From an uncultured Pseudomonadales bacterium (lineage in GTDB: Bacteria > Patescibacteriota > Microgenomatia > UBA1400 > PJMF01), in the NCBI GenBank assembly GCA_964412775.1, contig CAYPPX010000003.1, positions 75,467-139,466 of the forward strand: a stretch of DNA of 64,000 nucleotides. The letters are read 5' to 3'. The notes below the pieces were generated by a model, which saw only the letters and a program-made list of their open reading frames with translations, did not search any database and was not told the origin of the DNA. Position numbers and translations under genes: made by a program. Below, piece by piece: positions 9,296 through 20,283 of this stretch (positions are counted from its first letter, which is position 1; the number at the start of each line of letters is the position of its first letter).

Positions 9296-10246
9296 TTAGG
9301 TTCTCTGAGCTTTGTACCAGGCTACAAACTTGGTCATACCCTCTTTAAAAGAGGTTTTTGGCTGATAACCCAGTAACTTTTGAGCTTTACTGATATCAGC
9401 ATAGGTTACTTCTACATCTCCAGGTTGCATGGGTAGTTGTTCAAGTTTCATGGTTAAACCAGTAATTTCTTCCAAGGTATGAATAAATTCATTGAGTGAA
9501 ACCGGGCTATTGTTACCCAAATTAATGACTTCAAACTGACTTTCAAGCTTCAGGCTGGCTATTACTCCACTAACAATATCATCGATATAGGTATAGTCAC
9601 GTTTAGTTTCACCATTGCCAAATTTTTTAATTGGTTTACCAGTTAAGATTGCCTCAGTAAATAAGTAAGGTGCCATATCTGGTCTTCCATTGGGCCCATA
9701 GACCGTAAAAAACCTCAGACAAGCTGTTTTAATACCGTATAAATGAGCATAAACATGACAATACATCTCAGCTGATTTTTTAGAAGCAGCGTAAGGGCTA
9801 ATTGGTTCGTTAACCGGATCTGTTTCAGTAAACGGTACCTTAGTTTGGTTACCATAAACTGATGAAGATGAAGCTAAAATAAACCTAGCTACAGCGTATT
9901 TTTTAGCTAAGTCTAGTAAATTTAAAGTACCTTTAGCATTAACTTCTTCATAAAGCACTGGCTCAGCAATCGATGGTCTGACTCCAGCTCTGCCAGCCAA
10001 ATTCATAATGGCATCAAATTTATTTTGCTGAAAAATTGGTTCTAGAGCAGTTAGATCTCTCAGATCGGCTTTCACAAAAGAAAAGTTGGGATGTTTTTCC
10101 AGTCTAGCTAGGTTTTCTTGTTTCCAGGATATATTGTAATAATCATTAATTTCATCCAGACCAATAACTTGGTGACCAGTTGCTAAAAGTCTTTCTGCAG
10201 TGTGTGAAGCGATAAAGCCAGCGACTCCAGTTAAAAGTATTGTCAT
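9296..10246 (-). CDS. NAD-dependent sugar epimerase, UDP-glucuronate 4-epimerase-like
   Basis: TGVAGFIASH Rossmann motif, GLDEINDYY motif typical of UDP-GlcA 4-epimerases, YxxxK catalytic pair. Confidence 0.55.
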   Translation of the reverse strand: MTILLTGVAGFIASHTAERLLATGHQVIGLDEINDYYNISWKQENLARLEKHPNFSFVKADLRDLTALEPIFQQNKFDAIMNLAGRAGVRPSIAEPVLYEEVNAKGTLNLLDLAKKYAVARFILASSSSVYGNQTKVPFTETDPVNEPISPYAASKKSAEMYCHVYAHLYGIKTACLRFFTVYGPNGRPDMAPYLFTEAILTGKPIKKFGNGETKRDYTYIDDIVSGVIASLKLESQFEVINLGNNSPVSLNEFIHTLEEITGLTMKLEQLPMQPGDVEVTYADISKAQKLLGYQPKTSFKEGMTKFVAWYKAQRT

Positions 10247-11178
10247 TTTTTATTTTCCTTATACCACTCAACTGTTTTTATCAAACCATCTTCAAAATTA
10301 ATTTTTGATTCAAACCCAAATTCTTTTTTAGCTCTAGATACATCTAGTTTCCTTCTTGGTTGTCCGTCAGGTTTGTCAGTATTAAAGACTACTTTACCTT
10401 TATAGCTGACTACTTTTTTGATTGTTTGTGCTAGTTCTCTAATCGAGATTTCAAAGCTAGAACCCAAATTTACTGGCTCAGCATTGTTGTATTTTTCTGT
10501 CGCCAAAACAATCGCTCTAGCAGCGTCTTCGACATATAAAAACTCTCGAGTTGGTTTACCGGTACCCCAGATTTCTACACTGGGATAGTTTTTATCTTTA
10601 GCTTCCACAAACTTTCTAATTAAAGCTGGAATGACATGAGATGATTTGGGATCAAAATTATCACCTGGGCCATAAAGATTAACTGGTAATAAGTAAATAG
10701 AGTTAAAGTTATACTGTTGTTTATATGCCTGAGATTGCACTAACAACATTTTTTTGGCTAAGCCATAAGGAGCATTGGTTTCTTCCGGATAGCCATTCCA
10801 TAAATTTTCTTCTTTAAATGGGACTGGCGTAAATTTTGGGTAGGCACAGATAGTACCAATGCCAACAAATTTTTTTACTTTCGCTTTTCTCGCTTCTTCC
10901 ATGAGATGAATACCCATCATCAGGTTGTCATAAAACAATGTTCCAGGGAATTCTTGGTTATAACCAATCCCACCGACATTAGCAGCCAGGTGAATCACAA
11001 TATCAACATTTTTGACTAATTTGGCACAGACTGATTTTTCTCTCAGATCATAGTCTTTTGATCTAGGAACAATGATTTTTTTAGGTTTTTTGGTTTCGAT
11101 TAACTTGACCAAGTGAGAGCCCAAAAAGCCACTGCCACCTGTTACCAAGATAGTTTTATTTTGCCAAAAATTTGTCAT
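10243..11178 (-). CDS. fcl: GDP-L-fucose synthase (GDP-4-keto-6-deoxymannose 3,5-epimerase/4-reductase)
   Basis: ILVTGGSGFLGSH...NLYGPGDNFD...HVIPALIRKF, a characteristic Fcl/WcaG signature. Confidence 0.75.
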   Translation of the reverse strand: MTNFWQNKTILVTGGSGFLGSHLVKLIETKKPKKIIVPRSKDYDLREKSVCAKLVKNVDIVIHLAANVGGIGYNQEFPGTLFYDNLMMGIHLMEEARKAKVKKFVGIGTICAYPKFTPVPFKEENLWNGYPEETNAPYGLAKKMLLVQSQAYKQQYNFNSIYLLPVNLYGPGDNFDPKSSHVIPALIRKFVEAKDKNYPSVEIWGTGKPTREFLYVEDAARAIVLATEKYNNAEPVNLGSSFEISIRELAQTIKKVVSYKGKVVFNTDKPDGQPRRKLDVSRAKKEFGFESKINFEDGLIKTVEWYKENKK

Positions 11179-11197
11179 ATTTATTTAATTTCCAAAT

Positions 11198-13078
11198 TTA
11201 TTTTATTACACTTAGTTTATTCAATCTTGTTTCTAAACCACCATCTCTTATCACCCATTTAATACAAAATTCACTTCGAGTTAATTTTTCTATAGCAAAA
11301 GTTGATCTTTGACTATTATAAACATAGCTATTAAGCTCACTACTAGCACAGAGCTCACTATTAAATATTACATAATAATTTCTACTATCAATAGGTGAAG
11401 CAATAAACTGAGGCAAAACTTGGGTTTTTAGATAAATTTCTTCATACCGATCACTGGCTGTTTTTTCTTTACTACACTCACTGAGGAGTTCTTCTTCCAC
11501 CACTAAGTAACCATCAATATTCTGTTCCAAAACACTACAATCACTCGTCCAAGAGAAGTTTTCAAAGTTGTAATTACTGTAGACACCTTGTTTAAATTCT
11601 GGCACTAACTCAGCTAGTTTTTCTGATTTTAGTTCATCTTGATAAAACAAATAGGCTCTAAAACCTGGATAAGGGTTTTTAGTTAAAACTGTCACCATTT
11701 TTTGATTTTCTTGAGCTAGGTTTAAGTATTTAGCCAGTAATCTTTCTTTAAAAAAGTAATTATCGGCAGAATAGACTGGGTAATTATTTTGAAAAATATA
11801 AAAAAAGTAACCAAAATTAATCAACAGACTCCCAACAGTTATTAATTTCAAAAATGAGCCAAGTAAACCCTGCAGGGAAAATAAGTGGTACCAACCAGTG
11901 GCGATAAAAATTGCTAATAAGGGGAAAATCAGACCAGCTCTCAAAGCTGTTGATGTCCCTTGGTGAAGTGCTGCTGGCAGTGGAGCAACTAATAGTAATG
12001 TTAATAGTAAATAAAAAGTATTTTTATGTTTTTGATGTAAAAACCAGCCACCAATAAAAATCAGTGGTAATTCAATCAAATAAGCATACCCAGTTTGAAA
12101 TAAAGAAAATAAAACTGTTGAATCAGTACCAGTAATAAATAAATTAGTGGGATTAAAAGTAGCCAGATATCTAATACCGATTTCTCTAGCTAACACGGTA
12201 TATTTATTGATTAATAAACTAGTCATTGGTGTCAAAAAGCCTAGTTTACGACTAGAGTTAACTAGTTCCGCCAAAAATTCTTGATCCAAAAAAATTAACT
12301 CGGCTTGACGATCACCATAGCCACTCATTGAAGTTAAAAACTTAATCACCAATAGAAGCATTAAGCCACCAAAGATTAAATATGGCTGGGTAAGTTTTAC
12401 CTTGGTTTTTTTATCGGCAAGCCACCATTGCCAAACGAATGGGATCACTACTAATAATGGCATAATTAATTTATAACCATGATAGGAGTAAAAACCGACA
12501 AAATATGCAAAAAATGAACCAATTGCCAGTAAAATAGCCTGAGAAGTTTTTTTCGTTTCAGCTAAACTTATTAACCAATAAATACCCAAAAGATAAAACA
12601 TTAAAGCATTGGGCGCTTCATAAGCGGTATGAGCAAACAAAATACTCCAAGGACTAAGTGAGAAAACCAAACTACTCAGTAAAGCTAAAGCCTTGTTCTT
12701 GCTGATTTTTTCAACTAATAAACCAATAATCAAAACTGTCAATGAACTAAAAAGCACCGATAGAATCCTGGCATTGAATAAATTCAAGGGCAAAAATTTG
12801 AAAACGAACGCTTGTAAAACTGGAAATAATTCAGAAGTTAAAGTTTCTGTAGCTATCGGTGACAATGAAGTTGGTTGCCAAGTCTGAGTCAAATCAGACC
12901 CAGTCAACGCAATCATTTTGCCATTGAGCACATAATCTAGTTCATCATGGGAAATCGCGACCGGATTGTTAGTTAAATTTAGTAGTCTGAGGCCAAAGGC
13001 AAAAATAATAATTAAGCTCAAAAACATCTTAAAAGACTTACCACTCAATTTTTCATCAAGTCGCACCAACTTTAACAT
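11198..13078 (-). CDS. GT-C fold membrane glycosyltransferase, PMT/ArnT (COG1807)-like
   Basis: About 12 TM helices, first-loop acidic motif (ISHDELDY), C-terminal ~200 aa soluble domain. Paralogous to the other GT-C ORFs in this window. Confidence 0.6.
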   Translation of the reverse strand: MLKLVRLDEKLSGKSFKMFLSLIIIFAFGLRLLNLTNNPVAISHDELDYVLNGKMIALTGSDLTQTWQPTSLSPIATETLTSELFPVLQAFVFKFLPLNLFNARILSVLFSSLTVLIIGLLVEKISKNKALALLSSLVFSLSPWSILFAHTAYEAPNALMFYLLGIYWLISLAETKKTSQAILLAIGSFFAYFVGFYSYHGYKLIMPLLVVIPFVWQWWLADKKTKVKLTQPYLIFGGLMLLLVIKFLTSMSGYGDRQAELIFLDQEFLAELVNSSRKLGFLTPMTSLLINKYTVLAREIGIRYLATFNPTNLFITGTDSTVLFSLFQTGYAYLIELPLIFIGGWFLHQKHKNTFYLLLTLLLVAPLPAALHQGTSTALRAGLIFPLLAIFIATGWYHLFSLQGLLGSFLKLITVGSLLINFGYFFYIFQNNYPVYSADNYFFKERLLAKYLNLAQENQKMVTVLTKNPYPGFRAYLFYQDELKSEKLAELVPEFKQGVYSNYNFENFSWTSDCSVLEQNIDGYLVVEEELLSECSKEKTASDRYEEIYLKTQVLPQFIASPIDSRNYYVIFNSELCASSELNSYVYNSQRSTFAIEKLTRSEFCIKWVIRDGGLETRLNKLSVIK

Positions 13079-13095
13079 TTATTAATTTCTATTTC

Positions 13096-14016
13096 TTAAT
13101 TTTTTGCTTTATACCACTCAGCTACTTTTTTAACGCCTTCTGCAAAACTCACCGTTGGCTCCCAACCGAGTTTTTCTTGAGCTTTTTTATAGCTCAAAGA
13201 ACTAGTTACTTGTTCACCTGGTCTGGCTGGACCATATTCTTTTTCAACTGATAGACCAAGTTCCTTGACCACAGCATCAAACACCTCATTAGTACTAATT
13301 TCCGTAGTAGTCCCAATGTTTAGTTCACCGACAAACTCAGTTTCCAAAGCCAATAAATTAGCTTTAACCACATCAGCCACATAAACATAATCACGAGTAT
13401 GAGTGCCATCGCCATTGATCACTGGCGTTTTACCAGCCATTAACATCTCGGAAAAAATCGCCACCACTCCAGATTCACCGTGAGCATTTTGACGTGGGCC
13501 ATAAACATTGGAGTATCTCAAGGAAACAAATGGAATACCATAAAGTTCATAGTAATAGTTCAAATATAGCTCTCCGGCTCTTTTGGAAATACCATAAGGA
13601 GATAAAGGCTGTTCTTTCATGGTTTCATCAAAAGGGGTTTGCTTATTGCCATACATCGCTCCACCAGTGGCAGCCATAATGATTTTTTTGACACCCACAT
13701 CTTTGGCCGCTTCCATAATGTTAAGCAGACCCAAGATGTTATTTTCGGCATCAAATTGAGGATTTTTGACTGAATAACCCACCTGAATATGAGCAGCATG
13801 ATGATTAATTACATCTGGTTTTTCCGATCTAACGATTTGTTGAATCTTGGCCATATCAGTAATGTCGGCTTTGATAAACTTAGCTTGATCATTCACGTAC
13901 TCAGTTTTGCCGGTAGATAGATTATCCACTACAACCACTTCATGACCAGCTGCCACATAAGCATCAACTACATGAGAGGCAATAAAGCCAGCTCCACCTG
14001 TCACTAAAATTTTCAT
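13096..14016 (-). CDS. NAD-dependent epimerase/dehydratase, GalE-like UDP-sugar 4-epimerase
   Basis: MKILVTGGAGFIASH, YxxxK, short-chain dehydrogenase/epimerase fold. Confidence 0.6.
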   Translation of the reverse strand: MKILVTGGAGFIASHVVDAYVAAGHEVVVVDNLSTGKTEYVNDQAKFIKADITDMAKIQQIVRSEKPDVINHHAAHIQVGYSVKNPQFDAENNILGLLNIMEAAKDVGVKKIIMAATGGAMYGNKQTPFDETMKEQPLSPYGISKRAGELYLNYYYELYGIPFVSLRYSNVYGPRQNAHGESGVVAIFSEMLMAGKTPVINGDGTHTRDYVYVADVVKANLLALETEFVGELNIGTTTEISTNEVFDAVVKELGLSVEKEYGPARPGEQVTSSLSYKKAQEKLGWEPTVSFAEGVKKVAEWYKAKN

Positions 14017-14041
14017 AAACTTCCTTTCATTTCTTATGTAC

Positions 14042-15214
14042 TCAAGCTACCCAATAGCCTTGAATAAACAGCAATGTGTTTATTATAAGCAACAATAGGC
14101 TCAGGGCTAGCAGAGAAAGTTTTTTAGCTTTATTTTCATTTATCCACTCGGCTAATAAATAGTAAATTGGCCAGGCTACCATAATATATCTAGGCATACT
14201 CGAAAATGTGCCAGTCAGAGTAGGCACAGTAATCACTGTTAAAGCAAAAAGCAAATAAGCAAGTCTAATTTTTTTCCAGTTAAATAACAGTATGGCAAAC
14301 GCACCAAGAGAAAAAACAAACTCTTGGAGATAGGCATAAAACTTCCAATCGATCGGTGTCGTGGTAAAAATTTTGAGGTAACGCCAAATGACTTGTGGTA
14401 GCAAAATTAAATCTTCTTGCCTACCAGCACCGAATTCACTTTGCACCTTAAAAAAGTATAGAGGGTCATGGAAAAATTGATTTAAATAAAGCATATAGGT
14501 CAACAAGCCCAAAGTAGAGCTAGAAATAGCTACTACTTCACGCCAGTTAGTTTTTAGTTCTTTAACTAAATTTTGCCGATTTAGTTGGAGGTTTTTACTT
14601 TGCCACCATTCAATTAGTAGAGCTGGCCAAATAGCGATCCCCACCACTCTTGTTGCTGAAGCTAATGCTCCAAATATCCCAGCCAACCACCAATTATTTT
14701 TTTTCGCAAAAAGGAAACTGGTTAAAATTAAACCTAAAAATAAGCCCTCGTTATATAGTGCCGCCAAAAATAAACTATTAGGAAACACTAATAATAAGGT
14801 AATTGTTAACCAGCCAATTTTGGTGGACTTTTTTAGCATGACTGTTACAAAATAAAAAAATAGTAATACTAATAAATAGGTCGTAAAAAATTGCAGTAAT
14901 AAGGTCATCAAGAAAAAATACTGCCCAAATATGGCTTTTAGCAAGCTCAATATCAAGGGAAAAACTGGAAAAAACGCCTGAATTAGGCCAGTTCCCAGAT
15001 AACCTTTGTCAGCAATGGTCAAATAATGGACACCATCAAAATTCGCCCATGAATATAACCAGCGAGCTACATTTAACTTTGCCAAAATTTCACTGCTATA
15101 CGGGAAACTAGGATCATAGTTCAAAAAATGATCAGCAAAAAAACCAACTAAAAATAAAATCAAGCGCCAGCTGATGACTAAGTAAAGTAGTTTTTTCCAA
15201 GGTAAATTTTTCAC
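14042..15214 (-). CDS. Polytopic membrane protein, mannosyltransferase-like (PIG-V/GT-C-like motif)
   Basis: W-x-x-FDGVHYLTIADKGY motif resembling the W..D..Y..IA..GY box of PIG-V-type mannosyltransferases. About 9 TM helices. Confidence 0.4.
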   Translation of the reverse strand: MKNLPWKKLLYLVISWRLILFLVGFFADHFLNYDPSFPYSSEILAKLNVARWLYSWANFDGVHYLTIADKGYLGTGLIQAFFPVFPLILSLLKAIFGQYFFLMTLLLQFFTTYLLVLLFFYFVTVMLKKSTKIGWLTITLLLVFPNSLFLAALYNEGLFLGLILTSFLFAKKNNWWLAGIFGALASATRVVGIAIWPALLIEWWQSKNLQLNRQNLVKELKTNWREVVAISSSTLGLLTYMLYLNQFFHDPLYFFKVQSEFGAGRQEDLILLPQVIWRYLKIFTTTPIDWKFYAYLQEFVFSLGAFAILLFNWKKIRLAYLLFALTVITVPTLTGTFSSMPRYIMVAWPIYYLLAEWINENKAKKLSLLALSLLLLIINTLLFIQGYWVA

Positions 15215-16872
15215 TTTTTGATTTTTAAATTAGCTACTTCGTGTACAACAAACCACAAAATAATTGCTCCAGCCAAAGCACTCAGAGTATTGCCTAAAAT
15301 TCTCGGCCAAGTTCTTTGGGTAAACTCTGTCTGAACTTCATAACTACCTGGTTCTAACCAATAACCAATTCTGCCTTCAGTTTCACTCATCGTCGCATAC
15401 TCAATAGCTTTATTATTGACCGTGGTTTGCCAACCAGCAAAGTAGAAAGTTGGTTCAAAAATCAACGATCTTTCTGTGACAACTAAAGCATAGCTTCGTT
15501 TTGTGCCAGTCCAACTTTCAACAGTTATTTCTGCACTACCAGTCGCAACCCGAGGCGATGGGGACCAATCAACAACCAGTTCTGTCACTGGGGTAACCGC
15601 ATAGCTAAAACCAATCGGCATATTTTCATTCGCGGTACTGGTACTTTGGCTGAACAAATCATAGTCAATGGTGTTGCGATGAAAGTAATCAGCCGGCTGA
15701 AATCTTAAAACAGCCACCAATTGCAGCATAAAAATACCAATGAATAAATAACGTAAACTAACTGCTCGATCTAATAAAACTGTAATCAGGGGTAAAATAA
15801 TCACTACTAAATATAAACTTAATCTCCAAGGGAATTGAATAAACTGGACTAGTGGTAAAGCTTTCCAAAATTGATAACTAAAATTGGTTTGCAAGAAAAA
15901 TAATAACCAACCCATGATCAAACTTAACCATAAATATTTACGTTTTAAAGATGGCTTTCTGATTCTCATAACTAAAATCGTTCCCAAGATTAAACCGACT
16001 AAGCCACTTAAACCAACCGCAAAGCTCAGAGTATCTACTGGAGTGGGAAACGAATAACCGAACTGTAGTGGGGCACTAATTAATTGAGCCAAAGTAGGGA
16101 AGTGTTGACTAAATTGTCCACTTAGATCAGCATTGTCCAAAATTACTTGGTTCTTCTCTGCCAGCGCTGGCAACCAAAACCACAAACTCAACCCCAGAGA
16201 TAAAACTCCTCGCCAAATTAGTCTTCTCCAGCCCACTCTATTTTTACCCAAAATAACTAAACTATAAATTAACCAAAAACTACCACCAAATAATACCGAG
16301 ATATTATGTGATAACAAAAATGTAGTCATTACCCCACTACTCAACCAATAAGGAACTTTTTTATCTTCATGAAATTGATGAGTTAGCCATAATAACCAAG
16401 GAAATAATGCCATCGCCCATAACTCGCCGATATTTCCCCTGACATAAATCAAATTAACTGTAAATGGTGCTAACAACCAACTAACTATCGTCAGTAATCT
16501 GAGCTGCCAATTACCTAGTTTCAACACTGTTAACCACTGATAAATTCCCCAGCAACCCAACAATACAGCACTAATCATTAGGACTTTAAAAGTCAATTCA
16601 TAAGAGATCCCCAAGATACTAAAGGGAACAGATAAAATATTGGCGAGTGGATAGTTGTAGTTAAAAACAGGGTAACCGTAGTGGTTATTCAAATTAGGTG
16701 CAAATCTTGGTGGGAATTGCCCCTCTTTTAGGGCAATTTTGTAGTTTGCAAACCGAGCTAGGTGGTTCTCCCCATCATGGGTATATGGTATGCCGGCATG
16801 AAAATATGGTTTAATCAAAGCATAGATTGGCCAAAATAAAATTAAAATGGTAATTAGTAGAGATTTTTTCAT
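15211..16872 (-). CDS. Large membrane protein, YfhO-like/GT-C-like paralog family A
   Basis: Conserved N-terminal YTHDGENHLARF...GQFPPRF and C-terminal FYFAGWQTT beta-domain shared with 38636..40351 and 43141..45012. Confidence 0.5.
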   Translation of the reverse strand: MKKSLLITILILFWPIYALIKPYFHAGIPYTHDGENHLARFANYKIALKEGQFPPRFAPNLNNHYGYPVFNYNYPLANILSVPFSILGISYELTFKVLMISAVLLGCWGIYQWLTVLKLGNWQLRLLTIVSWLLAPFTVNLIYVRGNIGELWAMALFPWLLWLTHQFHEDKKVPYWLSSGVMTTFLLSHNISVLFGGSFWLIYSLVILGKNRVGWRRLIWRGVLSLGLSLWFWLPALAEKNQVILDNADLSGQFSQHFPTLAQLISAPLQFGYSFPTPVDTLSFAVGLSGLVGLILGTILVMRIRKPSLKRKYLWLSLIMGWLLFFLQTNFSYQFWKALPLVQFIQFPWRLSLYLVVIILPLITVLLDRAVSLRYLFIGIFMLQLVAVLRFQPADYFHRNTIDYDLFSQSTSTANENMPIGFSYAVTPVTELVVDWSPSPRVATGSAEITVESWTGTKRSYALVVTERSLIFEPTFYFAGWQTTVNNKAIEYATMSETEGRIGYWLEPGSYEVQTEFTQRTWPRILGNTLSALAGAIILWFVVHEVANLKIKK

Positions 16873-17936
16873 GATTTAACCATTAGACTTTCATAAACCG
16901 TAATAGTTTCAGTAGCTGTTTTTTCCCAAGTAAAGTTTTTTTCCCATTTACTAGCTGCTGAGATTAATTTATTTCTCTTAGTTTCAGACATTTCTAACAC
17001 TGTCTCAATGTTTTCAGCAAAATCTTCAGCATTAGTGCCACTATAAATTACAAATTCATTACCAACTTCTTTAAGAGAAGAATTTTTACCGCAAATAACT
17101 GGAGTTTTACAGCGCATTGCTTCTAGCAATGGTAAGCCAAAACCCTCATATAAAGATGGTTGAACATAAACCAGAGCCCCAGAGTAAATTGAAGCTAGAG
17201 TTTCATAATCATCAGTCAAAATATTTGGTACAAAATGAACTCGCTCAGTTACATCACTTAACGCCAACTGAGCAGTAATGGCTTGCCACTCTGGAATTTC
17301 TTGTTCAACAAAATTTTTCCCCACACAAACCAAATGAACGTGTCTAGGTAAATATTTAAGTGCCTTGATCAATTGGGGAACATTTTTATTGTAGTTAATA
17401 TCACCTACATACAAAACATAGGTTTTGGGTAAGTTTAACTCTTTACGTACCTCATCAGCATGGTGTTCGGTTACTGGCTCTAAAAATGGATTAGCGGCCA
17501 GATAGACCACATGAATTTTTTCTGCTGGCACGCCTAAATAAAAAATAATATCTTTTTTTGAGGCAAAAGAATCAGTAATGATTGCATCAACTTTTTTTAA
17601 AGCTAGTTTTTGTCTCATAAAATTCAAAGTACCTCGTTTACCTGGAGGATACTGCTTGGGAAAAAGTAGCGGAATTACGTCATGAATAGTCACAACGGTC
17701 TTTCCCCTCTTTAAGAAGGGGAGAGTTGGAAAAAATAAATCAAAAAATGGATAATGAGTAATATCTTGATTTTTAATTTCATCTAAACCGGAACGGAACA
17801 CTTCTATTGTTGGATTTTTTTCCAACGCCTCGGTTAAAAATCTAGTATACATTCCTACCCCACGAACAGCATGGCCAGAAGATAATGGTTGAACATTAAT
17901 CAAAACTTTAGTCATGAATTTTGCTGGAGCTCCCAC
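16869..17936 (-). CDS. GT4-type glycosyltransferase
   Basis: C-terminal EGFGLPLLEAM motif, the GT-B E-X7-E region. Confidence 0.7.
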   Translation of the reverse strand: MGAPAKFMTKVLINVQPLSSGHAVRGVGMYTRFLTEALEKNPTIEVFRSGLDEIKNQDITHYPFFDLFFPTLPFLKRGKTVVTIHDVIPLLFPKQYPPGKRGTLNFMRQKLALKKVDAIITDSFASKKDIIFYLGVPAEKIHVVYLAANPFLEPVTEHHADEVRKELNLPKTYVLYVGDINYNKNVPQLIKALKYLPRHVHLVCVGKNFVEQEIPEWQAITAQLALSDVTERVHFVPNILTDDYETLASIYSGALVYVQPSLYEGFGLPLLEAMRCKTPVICGKNSSLKEVGNEFVIYSGTNAEDFAENIETVLEMSETKRNKLISAASKWEKNFTWEKTATETITVYESLMVKS

Positions 17937-18703
17937 AGCTTAAGATAGGCCACCGTAAAATGTAAACCACTCATCAAGGCGAACACAAAACCTGGATAAC
18001 CATCAATATAACCACGGTGTCTGAAATAGAGTTTGGCAAAAGTCCAAAGCGGTAACCAACCCATATAGTAACAACAAGCTAGAAAATTAACCCTTTTACC
18101 TTGGTCAAACCATTGTTGAGCTTTAAAAGAAGTATAGGTATTAAATTTACGCATGTAATCAGTAAAACTAGGGTTAGAGTAGTGTAACAAATGACCCTCT
18201 GCCCAACCAATTTCACCATCGACTTGCATTTGTTCGTGAACATCTTGTTGTGGTAATTTAGCTTTCCCAGCTAGGTATAAACGAATCACTGCGTCAGGAT
18301 ACTGACCACCTTTAGATAACCATTTACCTAAAAATAAGTTTTTGCGTGGTAACCACCAAGCGACTGCTTTGGTTTCAGTAGTTTTTGCTAATTTTAAAAT
18401 AAATTTTTTAAGATCTTTATCCGCTACTTCATCTGCATCTAGTTGTAAAATTAGTTCACCTGTCGCCTCATCCATGGCTAGCTGTTTATTAATATGGAAA
18501 TTAGGTTTATTGGTAGTCTTAATGACTTTGGCTTGATAATCTTTTTTAGCAATCTCACGAGTAGCATCGGTGGAGCTACCATCAACTACAATAATTTCAT
18601 CTGCGAAGTCTTTTACCGAATCAAGACACCTGGCAATGTTTTTTTCTTCATTAAAAGTTGCTAAAACAACAGAGATTTTTTTCATAAACCAGTTAGCCTC
18701 CAA
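17912..18703 (-). CDS. Family 2 glycosyltransferase
   Basis: ISVVLATFNEEKNI...VVDGSSTD...LDADEV. Paralogous to 31913..32767 and 35393..36298. Confidence 0.7.
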   Translation of the reverse strand: MEANWFMKKISVVLATFNEEKNIARCLDSVKDFADEIIVVDGSSTDATREIAKKDYQAKVIKTTNKPNFHINKQLAMDEATGELILQLDADEVADKDLKKFILKLAKTTETKAVAWWLPRKNLFLGKWLSKGGQYPDAVIRLYLAGKAKLPQQDVHEQMQVDGEIGWAEGHLLHYSNPSFTDYMRKFNTYTSFKAQQWFDQGKRVNFLACCYYMGWLPLWTFAKLYFRHRGYIDGYPGFVFALMSGLHFTVAYLKLWELQQNS

Positions 18704-20283
18704 CCATTAATTCGCCATTCTAATAAGATTTTTTCCGCTGGTACTCGATCACCACTTTTGGCAATAAAATGATAATTGGTTACTTGTTGACCATATCTAA
18801 AACCTATTTTATCTGGAAGTTGGCGAATATTGGTGGCAAAATATTCTTCAGCGGGTATTTTCAAATACCAAGCAAGTAAAACATATTGATAACCGTCTGG
18901 ATCAACAATCGCTACTGCCGTTTTCTGTGGGTTCTGTTTTTCGATTAACTGAATCATGTCATTAAAACCTGGCATAAAAGTTAGTTGATGCTTCGGATAA
19001 ATAATAAATAACTGCTGTAAATGCCATAAAGTTTCAATCCAGATTAATAAACTAAACATCAGCCAAAAAATTTTTTTACTTGGCCAGAAACTTTGTTCAA
19101 ATAACCAACTCATACCTTTGACTGCCCACATCACCCAAAAAATAAAAAATAATAAACTTCTGGTCGCATGTGGCGAATCAACTGTAATCACTGATGGCCC
19201 CAAGGTAGCAATAAATAAAAAGATGTTAGCCAAATTAAACCTGGTTGTTTCTGTTAAATCTTTAAATTTAAGAATTTTTTTCCAACCAGTTTGCCAAAGT
19301 TGTTTAATAGTCAAAATAATACCCAACCACCCAAACCCATAAACCATAAAAGTCAAATGTCCCCAGGTAGGTAACCGATGCCAAGCATGACTGTCACCAT
19401 GAGTAACTAAAAAGTAAGGACTAAAAGATTGCCAGAATCTTGTCCACATCAACCCCAACCAATAAACATATTTGTTGCCTAGTAACCATAGTAAATTAGG
19501 CTGTAAACTCTCGCGATAAGCAATCCAATTACTCCAAACAGTTTCATCAGTAAAAATTGCGATACCACTTTTTTGACCAGTTAGAGAAATAAAAATCTTG
19601 GTGGTAATAATAAAAATTACTGCCACACTAACCATCAGCCACCAAGCTTCTGAATTTCTTTTTTTAGGTTTAGTCGGATAAATTAAATAAAGGTAAACTA
19701 ATAGAAATGGTAATAACAACCAAGGCGTATTGTAAGTAAAAACGGCTAGAGTTAGAACTACAATTAAACTCATGACTAGTTTTGCTTGCCATTTTTGAGT
19801 CAGTAAAGTAATTAGCCATAAAGTTGTAACCATCAAAGTCAAGGCAATATTCGCTTCATAGGCCATTCTGGAGTAAAAAATCGAGACCGGTAATAAGGCA
19901 ATTAACCAAGCTCCGACTAGTGAGAATTTTTCAGTAATTTTTAAAGCTTTTAACCATAAGTAAAAAACTAAAATTAATAAAGTTCCAGCTAAAGCTGAAG
20001 GTAATCTTACGATCAAGTCGGATAAGCCAAAAACCTTGAAAAATGGGATCAAAATCCAAGAATATCCTGGTAATTTGTAGTCACCAAATGATTCCAAAGC
20101 CAGTGGCCAAACTCTGCCCCATTCATCTCTACCAGTTTCGGAAAGTAAATAAGCATTGTAAGCCAGAGCTGCTTCATCACGATTCAAAATCACTGGTAAA
20201 TTTTCTAGCTTGTAAAATCTCAAAGCGAAACCAATGATGATTGCTAACAGTAATAACCAGTGTTGTTTAATTAATTTCATCAT
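18682..20283 (-). CDS. GT-C fold glycosyltransferase, PMT/ArnT-like
   Basis: LNRDEAALAYNAYLL first-loop DE motif, about 12 TM helices. Confidence 0.6.
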   Translation of the reverse strand: MMKLIKQHWLLLLAIIIGFALRFYKLENLPVILNRDEAALAYNAYLLSETGRDEWGRVWPLALESFGDYKLPGYSWILIPFFKVFGLSDLIVRLPSALAGTLLILVFYLWLKALKITEKFSLVGAWLIALLPVSIFYSRMAYEANIALTLMVTTLWLITLLTQKWQAKLVMSLIVVLTLAVFTYNTPWLLLPFLLVYLYLIYPTKPKKRNSEAWWLMVSVAVIFIITTKIFISLTGQKSGIAIFTDETVWSNWIAYRESLQPNLLWLLGNKYVYWLGLMWTRFWQSFSPYFLVTHGDSHAWHRLPTWGHLTFMVYGFGWLGIILTIKQLWQTGWKKILKFKDLTETTRFNLANIFLFIATLGPSVITVDSPHATRSLLFFIFWVMWAVKGMSWLFEQSFWPSKKIFWLMFSLLIWIETLWHLQQLFIIYPKHQLTFMPGFNDMIQLIEKQNPQKTAVAIVDPDGYQYVLLAWYLKIPAEEYFATNIRQLPDKIGFRYGQQVTNYHFIAKSGDRVPAEKILLEWRINGWRLTGL